Below, in pieces: positions 33,500 to 43,565 of a DNA stretch of 64,000 nucleotides. The stretch comes from Chloroflexota bacterium (GTDB lineage Bacteria > Chloroflexota > UBA11872 > VXNJ01): positions 384,001 through 448,000 of the forward strand of contig OZ253449.1 of assembly GCA_965261345.1 (NCBI GenBank), read 5' to 3'. Both the position numbers and the translations under genes were made by a program. Under the pieces are notes generated by a model. It was given only the letters and a program-made list of their open reading frames with translations, was not told the origin of the DNA and made no database searches. Numbering within the stretch: position 1 is the stretch's first letter; each line of letters begins with the position of its first letter.

Positions 33500-35512
33500 A
33501 TGAAACAGTACGCCTCAGCGCAAATCCGCAACGTCGTGTTGCTTTCCCAGAAGGGCAACGGCAAGACCACGCTGACCGAAGCGGCACTGTTTGGCAGCGG
33601 GGCGACCTCCCGCATGGGGCGGGTCGAGGACGGCAACACACAGTCCGATTCGCAGTCCGAGGAAATCGCGCGTCAGACCTCCACCGGACTGGCGGTGCTC
33701 GCATGTGAGTGGGGCGACGTCAAGATCAACCTGATCGATGTGCCCGGCGACCCGGAATTCGGCGGTGAAATCGCCTCCGGAGTCTGGGCCGCCGATTGCG
33801 CGGTGATCGTGGTCGATGCCACCGCCGGAATCGAAGTCGGTACCGAACTGGCCTGGCAATATGCGACCCGGGCCAATTTGCCGGTGATTTTTGTGGCCAA
33901 CCGGCTAGATCGCGAAAACATCGATTTTGCGGCCTTGGTCGCCGACCTGCAATCGGCCTTCGGGCCGGTGACTCCGCTTCAGCATCCCTACGGTTTGGGT
34001 GGTAATTTCAGCGGGGTCGTCGACTTGCTCTCAGGGAACGGTTACCGTTTCGGGAAAAATCAATCGCTGGACGAAGCGGCCCCCGAGGACCCGAATATTG
34101 GCGCGGCGCGGTCGGACCTGATTGAGGTCATTGCCTCGCAGAGCGAGGAGCTCATTGAGTTGTTTCTGCTTGACGAGCCGATTGGGCCGGACGACCTGTC
34201 CGCCACCCTGGCCGCCGCGGTTTCAGCTCGCGAACTCTTTCCACTGGTCTGCACCTCAGCGGTAAACAACCAGGGTGTTGATCTGATGCTGTCGCTGCTA
34301 GTGCGTCTCGCCCCGGCGCCCGGTGGGCGCGGCCCCGGCGAGCACGACAGTGCGGTGGCGTTCAAGACGATCGTCGACCCGCAGCTGGGGCACCTGACCT
34401 ATCTGCGAATCTGCTCTGGCAGTCTGCGCCCGGGCGCTAGCCTGCACAACGTATCGCGCGGCGGCGAGGAGCGGATCGGCCACCTTTTCGTTCCGGTGGG
34501 TCGCGAACAGAGCGAGGTCTCTCAGTCCGACGTCGGTGACCTCCTGCGGATCGCCAAACTCTCCGGCACTCAAACCGGCGACACCCTCCACGCAGAACGC
34601 GGCGCCGAAGCCCTGGCGGGCCCGCGGATGCCGGCCCCCAATATGGCGCTGGCGGTTAGCCCGGAGACGAAATCCGATGTCGACAAGCTGTCTACCGCCC
34701 TGCACCGGCTCACCGAGCAGGATCCCTCGTTGCAGGTGACCCGACAAGTCGAAACCGGCCAGACCCTGCTCTGGGGGCTGGGGGACTCCCATCTAAATAT
34801 CGCCGTCGATGTCATTCAGTCCAAATTTGGCGCCAAAGTTGCGACCGAAACCCCCAAGGTCCCCTATCGCGAGACTATCCGCCGGGCACGTGAGGCCCAC
34901 GGGCGCTACAAGCGCCAATCGGGCGGGCACGGCCAGTTTGGCGACGTGACGATCATTCTCGAACCGCTCCCCCTGACCGAAGGCGAATTCGAATTCGTGA
35001 GCAAAATCGTTGGCGGGGCAATTTCGCGCAGTTACATTCCGGCGGTCGAAAAGGGGGTCGTGGCGGCAATGTCGGAGGGAATCCGCGCTAATTACCCGGT
35101 GGTCGGGTGCCGAGTGCGATTGACCGACGGCAAGCAACACCCGGTCGACAGCTCCGACCAGGCCTTCCAGCTGGCCGGCGCAGCGGCCTTCCGCAATGCG
35201 GCCGAGGGCGCGATGCCCACGCTGCTGGAGCCCATCCACGAATTACGTATCACGGTCCCCGACAGTTTCACCGGGGCCATCATCGGCGATTTAAATTCCA
35301 AGCGCGGACAGATTGTTGGAACCGACCAGGGCGAACAATCGCAATCGATCATCATCGCCGAGGCCCCACTCGGGGAAACCCAGCGCTACGCGGTGGACCT
35401 GAAACAGATCACCCAGGGCCGGGGCAGCTACACCAGCAAATTCCTACGCTACCAGGAGATGCCCCAGCACCTCCAACAGGCCGTCATCGAATCGGCTGCC
35501 GGCCAGAAATAG
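33500..35512 (+). CDS. Elongation factor G-like protein (EF-G2 paralog)
   Basis: IRNVVLL..GNGKTTL, PKVPYRETI, KRQSGGHGQFG, HPVDSS, LLEP, TQGRG; start ATG 33500. Confidence 0.92.
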   Translation: MKQYASAQIRNVVLLSQKGNGKTTLTEAALFGSGATSRMGRVEDGNTQSDSQSEEIARQTSTGLAVLACEWGDVKINLIDVPGDPEFGGEIASGVWAADCAVIVVDATAGIEVGTELAWQYATRANLPVIFVANRLDRENIDFAALVADLQSAFGPVTPLQHPYGLGGNFSGVVDLLSGNGYRFGKNQSLDEAAPEDPNIGAARSDLIEVIASQSEELIELFLLDEPIGPDDLSATLAAAVSARELFPLVCTSAVNNQGVDLMLSLLVRLAPAPGGRGPGEHDSAVAFKTIVDPQLGHLTYLRICSGSLRPGASLHNVSRGGEERIGHLFVPVGREQSEVSQSDVGDLLRIAKLSGTQTGDTLHAERGAEALAGPRMPAPNMALAVSPETKSDVDKLSTALHRLTEQDPSLQVTRQVETGQTLLWGLGDSHLNIAVDVIQSKFGAKVATETPKVPYRETIRRAREAHGRYKRQSGGHGQFGDVTIILEPLPLTEGEFEFVSKIVGGAISRSYIPAVEKGVVAAMSEGIRANYPVVGCRVRLTDGKQHPVDSSDQAFQLAGAAAFRNAAEGAMPTLLEPIHELRITVPDSFTGAIIGDLNSKRGQIVGTDQGEQSQSIIIAEAPLGETQRYAVDLKQITQGRGSYTSKFLRYQEMPQHLQQAVIESAAGQK

Positions 35513-35556
35513 CCGGCCAGATCGGGGCGCGGGCGCCGGGAACCGGCCGAGCGCAA

Positions 35557-36717
35557 TCAGCGTACGCCCAGGACCACCTCGACCGCGAGCTGATCTAGCC
35601 GTTCGTATCCGTATCCGCGCCGGGCCATCGCCGCCAGGTCAAATTGCGCCTGCTTGACCGCGGCCCCGCGACCCGGGCTGTAGCCGTCGGCGATCTGGTC
35701 CCATTCGTCTGACTGCTCGCGCAAGCCGGCAATGATCTCGCAGATTTCCGGATCGGCGTTGAAGCGCTTCACCTTATCTTTCAGGATCAGGTAGGTGCGC
35801 ATGCAGCCGGCGGCAAAATCCCAGACGCCTTCCTCGTCCTCGGTGCGGTAGGCATGGGCGTCAAAGTGGCGCATTCCGTCCCAACCCGAATCTTCGAGCA
35901 GTTTGACCAAGAAGAAATTGGATTTGAGCTGGACCGATCCGAAGCGAAAATCTTGGTCGTAGCGCCCCATTTCCTGATCATTTAGATCAATGTGGAACAG
36001 CTTGCCGGCATCAAGGGCCTGAGCAACCGCGTGCGGAAAACTCAGCCCGGCCATCGTTTCATGGGCGACTTCAGGATTTACGCCGACCATTTCGGGGTGG
36101 TCTAGGGTAGCTATGAACCCGAGCATCGATCCCACGGTGGGCAAGAATAAGTGCCCGCGCGGCTCGTTGGGCTTGGGCTCGAGCGCGAACTGCATCTCGT
36201 AGCCTGAATCGCGACAGTATTCACAGAGAAAGTTGATGGCCTCGCGGAAGCGGGCGAAGCCGGCCGTCAGGTCCTTGGCGGCATCGGCCTCGGTGCCCTC
36301 GCGGCCGCCCCAGAACACGTAGGTGCTCGCCCCCAGCTCGGCGCCTAAATCAATCGCGAGCATCGTTTTCTGCAGGGCGAATCGACGAACCGACGGATCG
36401 TTGGCGGTAAACGCCCCTTCTTTAAAAACCGGGTGCGTAAAGAGGTTGGTGGTGGCCATAGGCACCTTCAGGCGGTTGTCGTCAAGCGCCTGCTTGAACG
36501 AACCTACGATCCGGTCGCGCTCGGCCGGCGATGCGTCAAACGGGACCAGGTCGTTGTCGTGCAGGTTGACCCCGTAGGCGCCTAATTCGGCAAGTTTTGC
36601 GACCGTCCGCTCGGGCGCAATGGGGGCTCGTACCGGGTCGCCGAACGGATCGCGCCCGATATTGCCAACGGTCCAGAGACCAAACGTGAACTTGTCAGCC
36701 GGAGTCGGTTCGTACAC
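35557..36717 (-). CDS. xylA: Xylose isomerase (Streptomyces/Thermus type)
   Basis: [48 protein letters not shown]; GTG start 36717 after AAAGG. Confidence 0.96.
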   Translation of the reverse strand: MYEPTPADKFTFGLWTVGNIGRDPFGDPVRAPIAPERTVAKLAELGAYGVNLHDNDLVPFDASPAERDRIVGSFKQALDDNRLKVPMATTNLFTHPVFKEGAFTANDPSVRRFALQKTMLAIDLGAELGASTYVFWGGREGTEADAAKDLTAGFARFREAINFLCEYCRDSGYEMQFALEPKPNEPRGHLFLPTVGSMLGFIATLDHPEMVGVNPEVAHETMAGLSFPHAVAQALDAGKLFHIDLNDQEMGRYDQDFRFGSVQLKSNFFLVKLLEDSGWDGMRHFDAHAYRTEDEEGVWDFAAGCMRTYLILKDKVKRFNADPEICEIIAGLREQSDEWDQIADGYSPGRGAAVKQAQFDLAAMARRGYGYERLDQLAVEVVLGVR

Positions 36718-36819
36718 GATATGGCAACCTTTTTTAGATGAAAAACAGCCAGCCCAACCCGGCGGTGGGTTAGCCACGGGTACCGCTTGGGGCCCAAGTC
36801 TATTGCTCCCGTCACCGAA

Positions 36820-36846
36820 TTGACCCAAGATATGGATCACTAGAAT
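36820..36846 (+). promoter_or_regulatory. Candidate sigma70-type promoter for acs
   Basis: TTGACC-N15-TAGAAT; spacer shorter than canonical. Confidence 0.3.
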
Positions 36847-36905
36847 TGAGGTTGCTTGAGCCCCTAACTGGCCCTGGCATTCCTAGCCGCCGGCAGCTAA
36901 GTGCA

Positions 36906-38885
36906 ATGACTGAAAACGCGACCGAAGTATTTCCTCCCGACCCGGCCTATTCAGCATCCGCACAGGTTGCATCGATGGAGCAATACCGCGATCTGCACCG
37001 AGCCAGCTTGAGCGACCCGGAGGCTTTCTGGCGCGCCCAGACCGACGCCTTCATCTGGGACAAGCCATGGACTAAGTTGCTCGGATGGAACCCTCCGTTT
37101 GCCCGCTGGTTCTCCGATGGCGAGCTCAATATCACCGTCAATCTGCTTGATCGGCATGTCGCGGCCGGGCGCGGTGATCAGGTCGCCTATCACTGGATGG
37201 GCGAACCCGGTGACACTCGGGACGTAAGTTACGCCGAGCTGCTCAGCGAAGTCTGCCGCCTGGCCAACGCACTTACCGGACAGGGCCTGGTCGCTGGCGA
37301 CCGGGTGATCATCTACATGCCAATGGTTCCCGAACTGGCCACCGCCATGCTGGCCTGCGCCCGCCTGGGACTGGTGCACAGCGTCATATTCGGCGGGTTT
37401 TCAGCCGATGCGATCCGCGACCGGGTCCAGGATGCCGGGGCGCGGGCGGTAATTACCGCCGACGGTGGTTGGCGCCGCGGCAAGGTGATCGCACTCAAGG
37501 ACAATGTCGATTCAGCCCTCGCCCGCGGCGTCTGCCCGACGGTCGAGTCGGTCATAGTGCTGGAGCGCTGCCGGAACAAGATCGCCATGGAGGGCGGGCG
37601 CGATCGCTGGTGGCACGAGCTAATTGCGGAGCAGAGTGAACATTGCACGCCGGTAAGCGTAAACGCCGAGCACCCGCTGTTCATCCTCTATACCTCCGGG
37701 ACCACCGGTAAGCCGAAGGGCGTGGTGCACTCCTGCGGCGGCTACATGGTCTACACCGCGATGACCGCCCGGCTGGCGTTTGACCTAAAGCCCGACGACG
37801 TCTACTGGTGCACCGCCGACATCGGTTGGATCACCGGCCACAGCTATATCGTCTATGGGATTTTGGCCAACGGAACAACTTCGGTAATGTACGAAGGTGC
37901 TCCTGACTATCCGACCTTCGGCCGGTTCTGGCAGATCGTTGAACGCTACCGGGTGAGCGTCTTTTACACGGCCCCGACCGCGATCCGGGCGTTCATCAAG
38001 TGGGGCGACCAATGGCCGGCCGGTTCCGACCTGTCCAGCCTGCGGGTTATCGGCACCGTCGGCGAGCCGATCAATCCCGACGTCTGGCTCTGGTACCGGC
38101 GCCATATCGGGGCCGATAGCTGCCCGGTGGTCGACACGTGGTGGCAGACAGAGACCGGCGGATTCATGATCGCTCCCCTATCCGGCGCCACCCCGACCAA
38201 ACCGGGATCGGCCACGCTGCCGATGCTGGGAGTCGACGCCGAGGTGCTAGCCGACGACGGGACAGTGGCCGCGGCCGACCAGCGCGGTTTGCTGGTGATC
38301 CGGCGCCCCTGGCCGGGAATCATGCGCGGCATCTATGCCGACGGTTGGGGCCAGACCGGCCACCCAGGTCAGAACGGCGACCTCGACCGGTTCCGCAGCA
38401 CTTACTTTGAGCGCTTTCCGGGCACTTACTTTACCAGCGACGCGGCCACCCGTGACCGCGACGGATATTTCTGGATCATCGGCCGGGTCGACGACGTGCT
38501 CAACGTTTCCGGGCACCGGATTGGCACCGCCGAGATCGAGAGCGCGCTGGTGAGTCATCCGCTGGTCGCCGAATCAGCAGTCGTGGGTATTCCCGATGAA
38601 CTAACCGGCGAGGCGGTCGCCGCGTTCGTAACCCTGCTAGCTGACGTTTCAGGCAGCAGTGAACTGGCGGGCGAATTGCGATCGCACGTGGCAACGACCA
38701 TCGGCGCTTTCACCCGACCCAAGACCCTCCGCTTCGCACCGGCCTTGCCTAAGACCCGCAGTGGCAAGATCATGCGGCGCCTGCTGCGCGAAATCGCCGC
38801 CACCGGCTCAGTCGCCGGGGACATTACCACCCTCGAGGACGCCAGCGTAGTGCGGTCCCTGCTCGATTCGCCCGACGCCGATTAG
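36906..38885 (+). CDS. acs: Acetyl-CoA synthetase
   Basis: LYTSGTTGKPKG, DIGWITGHSY, DTWWQTETGG, PKTRSGKIMRR. Confidence 0.97.
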   Translation: MTENATEVFPPDPAYSASAQVASMEQYRDLHRASLSDPEAFWRAQTDAFIWDKPWTKLLGWNPPFARWFSDGELNITVNLLDRHVAAGRGDQVAYHWMGEPGDTRDVSYAELLSEVCRLANALTGQGLVAGDRVIIYMPMVPELATAMLACARLGLVHSVIFGGFSADAIRDRVQDAGARAVITADGGWRRGKVIALKDNVDSALARGVCPTVESVIVLERCRNKIAMEGGRDRWWHELIAEQSEHCTPVSVNAEHPLFILYTSGTTGKPKGVVHSCGGYMVYTAMTARLAFDLKPDDVYWCTADIGWITGHSYIVYGILANGTTSVMYEGAPDYPTFGRFWQIVERYRVSVFYTAPTAIRAFIKWGDQWPAGSDLSSLRVIGTVGEPINPDVWLWYRRHIGADSCPVVDTWWQTETGGFMIAPLSGATPTKPGSATLPMLGVDAEVLADDGTVAAADQRGLLVIRRPWPGIMRGIYADGWGQTGHPGQNGDLDRFRSTYFERFPGTYFTSDAATRDRDGYFWIIGRVDDVLNVSGHRIGTAEIESALVSHPLVAESAVVGIPDELTGEAVAAFVTLLADVSGSSELAGELRSHVATTIGAFTRPKTLRFAPALPKTRSGKIMRRLLREIAATGSVAGDITTLEDASVVRSLLDSPDAD

Positions 38886-38896
38886 ACCGCCCGTGC

Positions 38897-40036
38897 TTAC
38901 CAGTTGGTAACCGCTCCGTCGGGCCGTCGGTATTCGGTTGAAAACGACATCTTAAATGGGTGGTCTCGGGCCGCCGCCAGGTCGATCGTCAGGCCCAGAC
39001 CAGGGCCTTCAGGCGGGGTCAGGTATCCGTCCTCAAAGCCAACCTGGGTTGGAAATACCGCAGGCATATCACCCGGCAGGCGCGGCATTTCCTGGACGCC
39101 CACCAGTGGGCTGGCGATGCACAGGTGCACACATGCGGCAGTTGAAACCGGCCCGAGCGGATTGTGCGGAGCCAGGTACTGGTAGTGGGCCTCGGCCCAG
39201 CCGGCGATTTTTCGTGCCTCGCTGAACCCGCCAACGATACAGAGGTCAACCCGCACGTAGTCGATCAGATCGCGTTCGATCAGCGGCTTAAATTCCCACT
39301 TGGTGGACAGTTCCTCGCCGCCGGCGATCGGGATGTTGGTGTGCGAACGCACCTGGGCGTAGGCGTCGGCATTTTCCGACCGTGCGGGATCCTCGATGAA
39401 GTACGGGTCTAGATCGGCCAGGCGGTCGGCCAGGCGAATCGAGTCATGCGGATCCAGACGGGTGTGGAAATCGACACACAGCTCGATGTCAGGGCCGACC
39501 GCGTCCCTTACCGCCTCGGCCCAACCCCGAGTTTGGCGCACCACGTGGCGCGGTTCGAAAATGCCATTGGCCGCATCGGTGGTTGAAATCCGCACGAATT
39601 TGTAACCCTGATCAACCGCGCGCCGGGCATCGTCGGCCACCGCCTGTTCGGTGTCGCCATTTACATGGGCGTAGGCGACCACCTTTTGCCGACATTGCCC
39701 GCCCAGCAATTGATATACCGGCACGTCCAGGGCCTTGCCCAATATGTCCCACAGGGCAATGTCGATTGCCGAAATTGCGGCGGTCGCAATCTGGCCACCC
39801 TTGAAGAACCCGCCACGATAGAGCCGCTGCCAGATGTGTTCGATCCGCATCGGATCCTGGCCGAGCAGGAGCGCGCGATAGTGTTCAACGCAGCCGGCAA
39901 TTGCCAATTCCTTGCCGGTTATTCCCGATTCACCGATCCCGCTTATTCCGGCATCGGTTTCCACCAGCACGAAATTGAGATTGCGTCCACGTTCCGGGTA
40001 GTAGACTGCGACCGTTTTGATGTCGGTAATTTGCAT
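38897..40036 (-). CDS. Mandelate racemase/enolase-superfamily acid-sugar dehydratase (DgoD-like)
   Basis: SAIDIALWDI.GK, DFH, EDP, GEE, HNPLGP, PGLG, DGAVTNW. Confidence 0.88.
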   Translation of the reverse strand: MQITDIKTVAVYYPERGRNLNFVLVETDAGISGIGESGITGKELAIAGCVEHYRALLLGQDPMRIEHIWQRLYRGGFFKGGQIATAAISAIDIALWDILGKALDVPVYQLLGGQCRQKVVAYAHVNGDTEQAVADDARRAVDQGYKFVRISTTDAANGIFEPRHVVRQTRGWAEAVRDAVGPDIELCVDFHTRLDPHDSIRLADRLADLDPYFIEDPARSENADAYAQVRSHTNIPIAGGEELSTKWEFKPLIERDLIDYVRVDLCIVGGFSEARKIAGWAEAHYQYLAPHNPLGPVSTAACVHLCIASPLVGVQEMPRLPGDMPAVFPTQVGFEDGYLTPPEGPGLGLTIDLAAARDHPFKMSFSTEYRRPDGAVTNW

Positions 40037-40149
40037 AACTAAATACCCAAGCCCCGATAGGCGGCCCGCGCCGGCCATGTCAACCTATTATTCATGCGGC
40101 AGCGCATAGATCAGGGCATTCGGCGGTAGCTAGCAACAGAGCCAATTCG

Positions 40150-41748
40150 ATGTCCGGCCGGCGCCGGTTCCGCGACGTCGTCGCAGTCCGCCTCGGGCGG
40201 TCGATTGCGGTCGACGTGGCCGAAACCCCGACCCGGCGGCGGCGGCAGCCGCCGCAACTGACGCTGTTGCTCGGATTCCTTGGGATGACCCTGGTCACGA
40301 CCGCCCTGCTAGCCCTCCCACAGGCCGCCGCCAATGGTCGGGCGACCGCGTTTCACGACGCCCTGTTTACTGCGACCTCGGCTGTTGCCACCAGTGGCCT
40401 GGTGGTCGTCGACACCGGTTCGCACTGGAGCTCCTTCGGGCATGTCGCGATCCTGATTGCGATGCAGGCCGGCGGACTCGGGTTCATGGCGGCCACGATC
40501 ATCCTCTTCCAGGCCCTGGGGCGCCAGATCAGCCGGCACCACCGGCAGACCTTGCAGGAGCAGCTCTCGCTGCGCTTCTTTGGCGGGATTTCACGCACCG
40601 CGAAGGTGTTTGTTGCCTACACCCTTTTCTTTGAATTGGTCGGAATGGGGCTGCTGACCTGGCAATTTGCCAATTCGTCAGGACCGGGTTCGTCCGACCC
40701 GCTGTTTTATGGGCTCTTCCATTCGATCAGCGCCTTTACCGGCTCAGGATTTGACCTTATGGGGAACTTTCAATCGATGGCCAGTTTTGCGTCACAGCCG
40801 CTTTTTCTCTTGACGATGATGGCCCTGATAGTTCCCGGCGACCTGGGTTTTTTGGCGGTCATAGACCTGGCCCGTTCGGCCCGCTGGCCAAGGATGATCC
40901 TCTGGCAGTGGGAGCGAGCCCGGATCGGCGGCGGCAACCGGATGGCCCGGGCGGTCTGGCGTGGCGGAATCGCCTGGGATCGACTGCGGCGCGGATTCGG
41001 CCTTACCGTAAGCCGTCGGCCCTGGCCGCGACACCGCGACTCGCCTTCCGGGCCGGTCCGGCCCGGACAGATGAGGATGGAGACGAAGTTGATTTACGCG
41101 GTCAACCTGATCTGTTGGCCGGCGGCCGCGCTGGGCTTTCTGCTGCTCGAGTGGGGCAACCCTGACAGCCTGGGTTCGCTGCCGGTCATCGACCGGATCA
41201 CCGGCTCGTTCTTCCACGCCGTAACGTCGCGCAATGCCGGATTCTCGGCGGTCAACTTTTCCCAGTTGGGCGAACTGACGTTGATTTTTATGATCCCGTT
41301 CATGATCATCGGCGCCGCCTCAGCCTCGATGGGGGCGGGTTTGAAGGTAAACACCGTCGGGGTGTTATTTGCCACCGCCAAGTCGCGATTGCAAGGCCTG
41401 CGGCAGACCGAATTGTTCGGCCGTTCGATTCCCGCCGACCGCGTCTACGTGAGCGTAACCTTGGTCGCTATGTTCCTAGTGATGGAATTCCTGGGACTAT
41501 TGGTGATCCATAGCGCCTACCAGAACCCGCAGTTGATAAATTCGCTGTTCGACTCGGTTTCGGCAGTTAGCGACATCGGCCTGTCGACCGGTGTGCCGGC
41601 ACAGATGAGCGTACCCGGCAAGTTGTTCATGTGCGCGGCAATGTTCATCGCCCGGCTCGGTCCACTGACCGTCGTCCTGGCGCTGCTGCGTCCGCGGTCC
41701 GTCGACGTCGGGGTTCGCCTGCCCGCCGAATCGCTACGGGTCGGCTAG
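40150..41748 (+). CDS. TrkH/KtrB-family cation (K+) uptake permease
   Basis: LFTATSA..TSGL, QAGGLG, FHSISAF..SGF, SRNAGF, GLSTG, RLGPLT. Confidence 0.9.
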   Translation: MSGRRRFRDVVAVRLGRSIAVDVAETPTRRRRQPPQLTLLLGFLGMTLVTTALLALPQAAANGRATAFHDALFTATSAVATSGLVVVDTGSHWSSFGHVAILIAMQAGGLGFMAATIILFQALGRQISRHHRQTLQEQLSLRFFGGISRTAKVFVAYTLFFELVGMGLLTWQFANSSGPGSSDPLFYGLFHSISAFTGSGFDLMGNFQSMASFASQPLFLLTMMALIVPGDLGFLAVIDLARSARWPRMILWQWERARIGGGNRMARAVWRGGIAWDRLRRGFGLTVSRRPWPRHRDSPSGPVRPGQMRMETKLIYAVNLICWPAAALGFLLLEWGNPDSLGSLPVIDRITGSFFHAVTSRNAGFSAVNFSQLGELTLIFMIPFMIIGAASASMGAGLKVNTVGVLFATAKSRLQGLRQTELFGRSIPADRVYVSVTLVAMFLVMEFLGLLVIHSAYQNPQLINSLFDSVSAVSDIGLSTGVPAQMSVPGKLFMCAAMFIARLGPLTVVLALLRPRSVDVGVRLPAESLRVG

Positions 41749-42404
41749 CGGGGCTGCCCGGGAAGGGTATCTTCGGCTAGGACCAGCCAGGTGGCCCGCA
41801 GACGTCCGCATCCATCTTGGTAGGCAAGGGACAGTTGCTGTGAGCGGCGGTATAACAGCAGCAGCAGGCCAATAAGCGTAGCGGCAACGGTCGGCGCGCC
41901 CGCGCCGATCACCGGCAGGAAGCCAATCGCACCCAAAATCTGGGCAACAATCGCAAAACCCGGGCGGCGGACCGCCAGACCGGCGCCGTAACCGGCGATG
42001 GCGCCAATCAGGTAGCCGAGAGTGTTTTCGATGAGCCCGATGGCCAGGAACATTCCGGCTAATACCGCAACTCCCCGACCGGCCCGGGCAAAACCCAGGT
42101 AGATCGGCCAGCAATGACCGACAAAGGCGCAAATCGCCCAGACCGCGGCCGCCCAATGTGAGCCCAACTGAAAGTAGAGGAAACACATTGGGCCCATCGC
42201 TTTGCCGGCATCCAGGAGCAGCACAACCGCACCCCAACCACGCCCGACCTGCCGATAGGCATTGGAAGCGCCCAGATTGCCGGTTCCCAAACGCCTAAGG
42301 TCGCGCCGCCGCCAGCGGCCGATGAGGAGTGCAAACGGGATCGCCCCGGTCAGATATCCACCGATCGCGGCGGCCAGTTCGATCAAGGCCGAGAACTCCG
42401 ACAA
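41745..42404 (-). CDS. plsY: Glycerol-3-phosphate acyltransferase
   Basis: GAIPFA, DLR..GTGNLGASN, D.GK, GHCWP...F..GRGVA. Confidence 0.9.
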   Translation of the reverse strand: MSEFSALIELAAAIGGYLTGAIPFALLIGRWRRRDLRRLGTGNLGASNAYRQVGRGWGAVVLLLDAGKAMGPMCFLYFQLGSHWAAAVWAICAFVGHCWPIYLGFARAGRGVAVLAGMFLAIGLIENTLGYLIGAIAGYGAGLAVRRPGFAIVAQILGAIGFLPVIGAGAPTVAATLIGLLLLLYRRSQQLSLAYQDGCGRLRATWLVLAEDTLPGQPR

Positions 42405-42472
42405 ACGAAATACGTGAAGCGGTCAGGCCGCCGCGCAGGCGATTTAGACCTGCACTATTCTTAGCTAATGTG

Positions 42473-42552
42473 CGTGGTGGGAGTTAGCGCTGCAGGATTG
42501 TGGCGACCGCGGTCGCCAGGTGCTCCTCGGGAGCGGCGATCCCAACTCCACG
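42473..42552 (+). promoter_or_regulatory. Candidate structured 5' leader
   Basis: GGAGTT/AACTCC, GGATTG/CGATCC, palindrome TGGCGACCGCGGTCGCCA, GCTCC/GGAGC. Confidence 0.35.
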
Positions 42553-42572
42553 AACCGACCGGAGGACATTGG

Positions 42573-43196
42573 ATGGATTTTGGAAAGCTTGGGCAGGGCC
42601 TTGAAGCCCTGGTCGGGACCCTCATATTGGCACCGCTGCTGCTGGGCCTGGCCGTTGCGGTTGTGGTCATCTATCTCCTGGCGCGGGCTCACACCATGGG
42701 CTTTATCCGTTTCTCGATCGCCGGGGTCGAGCTCTGGTCCGTCCGGATCGTGTCCCTGGCGATGGTGCTGATCACCTTCGTTGCCAGCACCAGGATCCTC
42801 ACTTCGCTCTCGGCCCTCCTCTTTGGAGATTCGTTCACTTACGGATCGGGACATAAGGTCGATGAAACTGATGTTTTGCTGCGCTGGATCGTTCTGGGGG
42901 CGCTCGCATCGGTCATATACATCTTCATGCTCATCCGATCGCGTCAGCTCGCCGACCAAGCGCCGGCCAGGTTCATCCGCAACGCCTACGGCATGGTCGC
43001 GACCCTGTTTTTCGGCCTAGCCTCGATCATTGCGTCTTTCGGATTGGCCCAGGCGATCGTCGACCGTGTTGTTGACGACAAGGGTATTTTTGACCGCAGC
43101 ACCGCCATCGGCGAGCCACTCAGCGGGCTGATTGCCGCCGTCGCATTCTTCCTGATCGCATCCTATTTCTTCCGGAGCGGGCGATCGCGGACCTAA
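42573..43196 (+). CDS. Hypothetical multi-pass membrane protein
   Basis: About five hydrophobic segments; GGAGGA RBS at 42561-42566. Confidence 0.75.
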   Translation: MDFGKLGQGLEALVGTLILAPLLLGLAVAVVVIYLLARAHTMGFIRFSIAGVELWSVRIVSLAMVLITFVASTRILTSLSALLFGDSFTYGSGHKVDETDVLLRWIVLGALASVIYIFMLIRSRQLADQAPARFIRNAYGMVATLFFGLASIIASFGLAQAIVDRVVDDKGIFDRSTAIGEPLSGLIAAVAFFLIASYFFRSGRSRT

Positions 43197-43218
43197 ATTT
43201 GCCAGGGATAGGGCAAGC

Positions 43219-43533
43219 CTAGGGGCTGGACGGTTCATCCGGGCCGGTCAGCAGATAACTGGCGAGGGCATCTAACTGGCCATCGGTCAGGCTGCCCGAA
43301 AATCCCGGCATGCCCTCCCGGCCTTCGGCGATAAGCGACCGCAGCCCCTCGGCTTCGTAGCGCCCCGAGAGCGATTCCGGCGAAAGCTGCGGGCCAAGTC
43401 CGGTGCCAAACACGGGGTGGCAGGCGGCGCAGCGGGCGGCGTACACCTGGGCCGTCGTCGGTTCGGATTGGCCGGCACAGCCGGACAGAACGCCAACCGC
43501 GATTAGGGCGGCCACCGCGCCCAGCATCCGCAC
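43219..43533 (-). CDS. Monoheme cytochrome c lipoprotein
   Basis: Lipobox VLSGC, heme motif CAACH, axial Met in GMPGF. Confidence 0.88.
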   Translation of the reverse strand: MRMLGAVAALIAVGVLSGCAGQSEPTTAQVYAARCAACHPVFGTGLGPQLSPESLSGRYEAEGLRSLIAEGREGMPGFSGSLTDGQLDALASYLLTGPDEPSSP

Positions 43534-43565
43534 TGCGGGGCCGAAACGGCCCGATCGCCGGGACT

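Noticed and set aside
40079-40149. c-di-AMP riboswitch before the Ktr/Trk permease
   Set aside because: The region is too short and lacks ydaO consensus.
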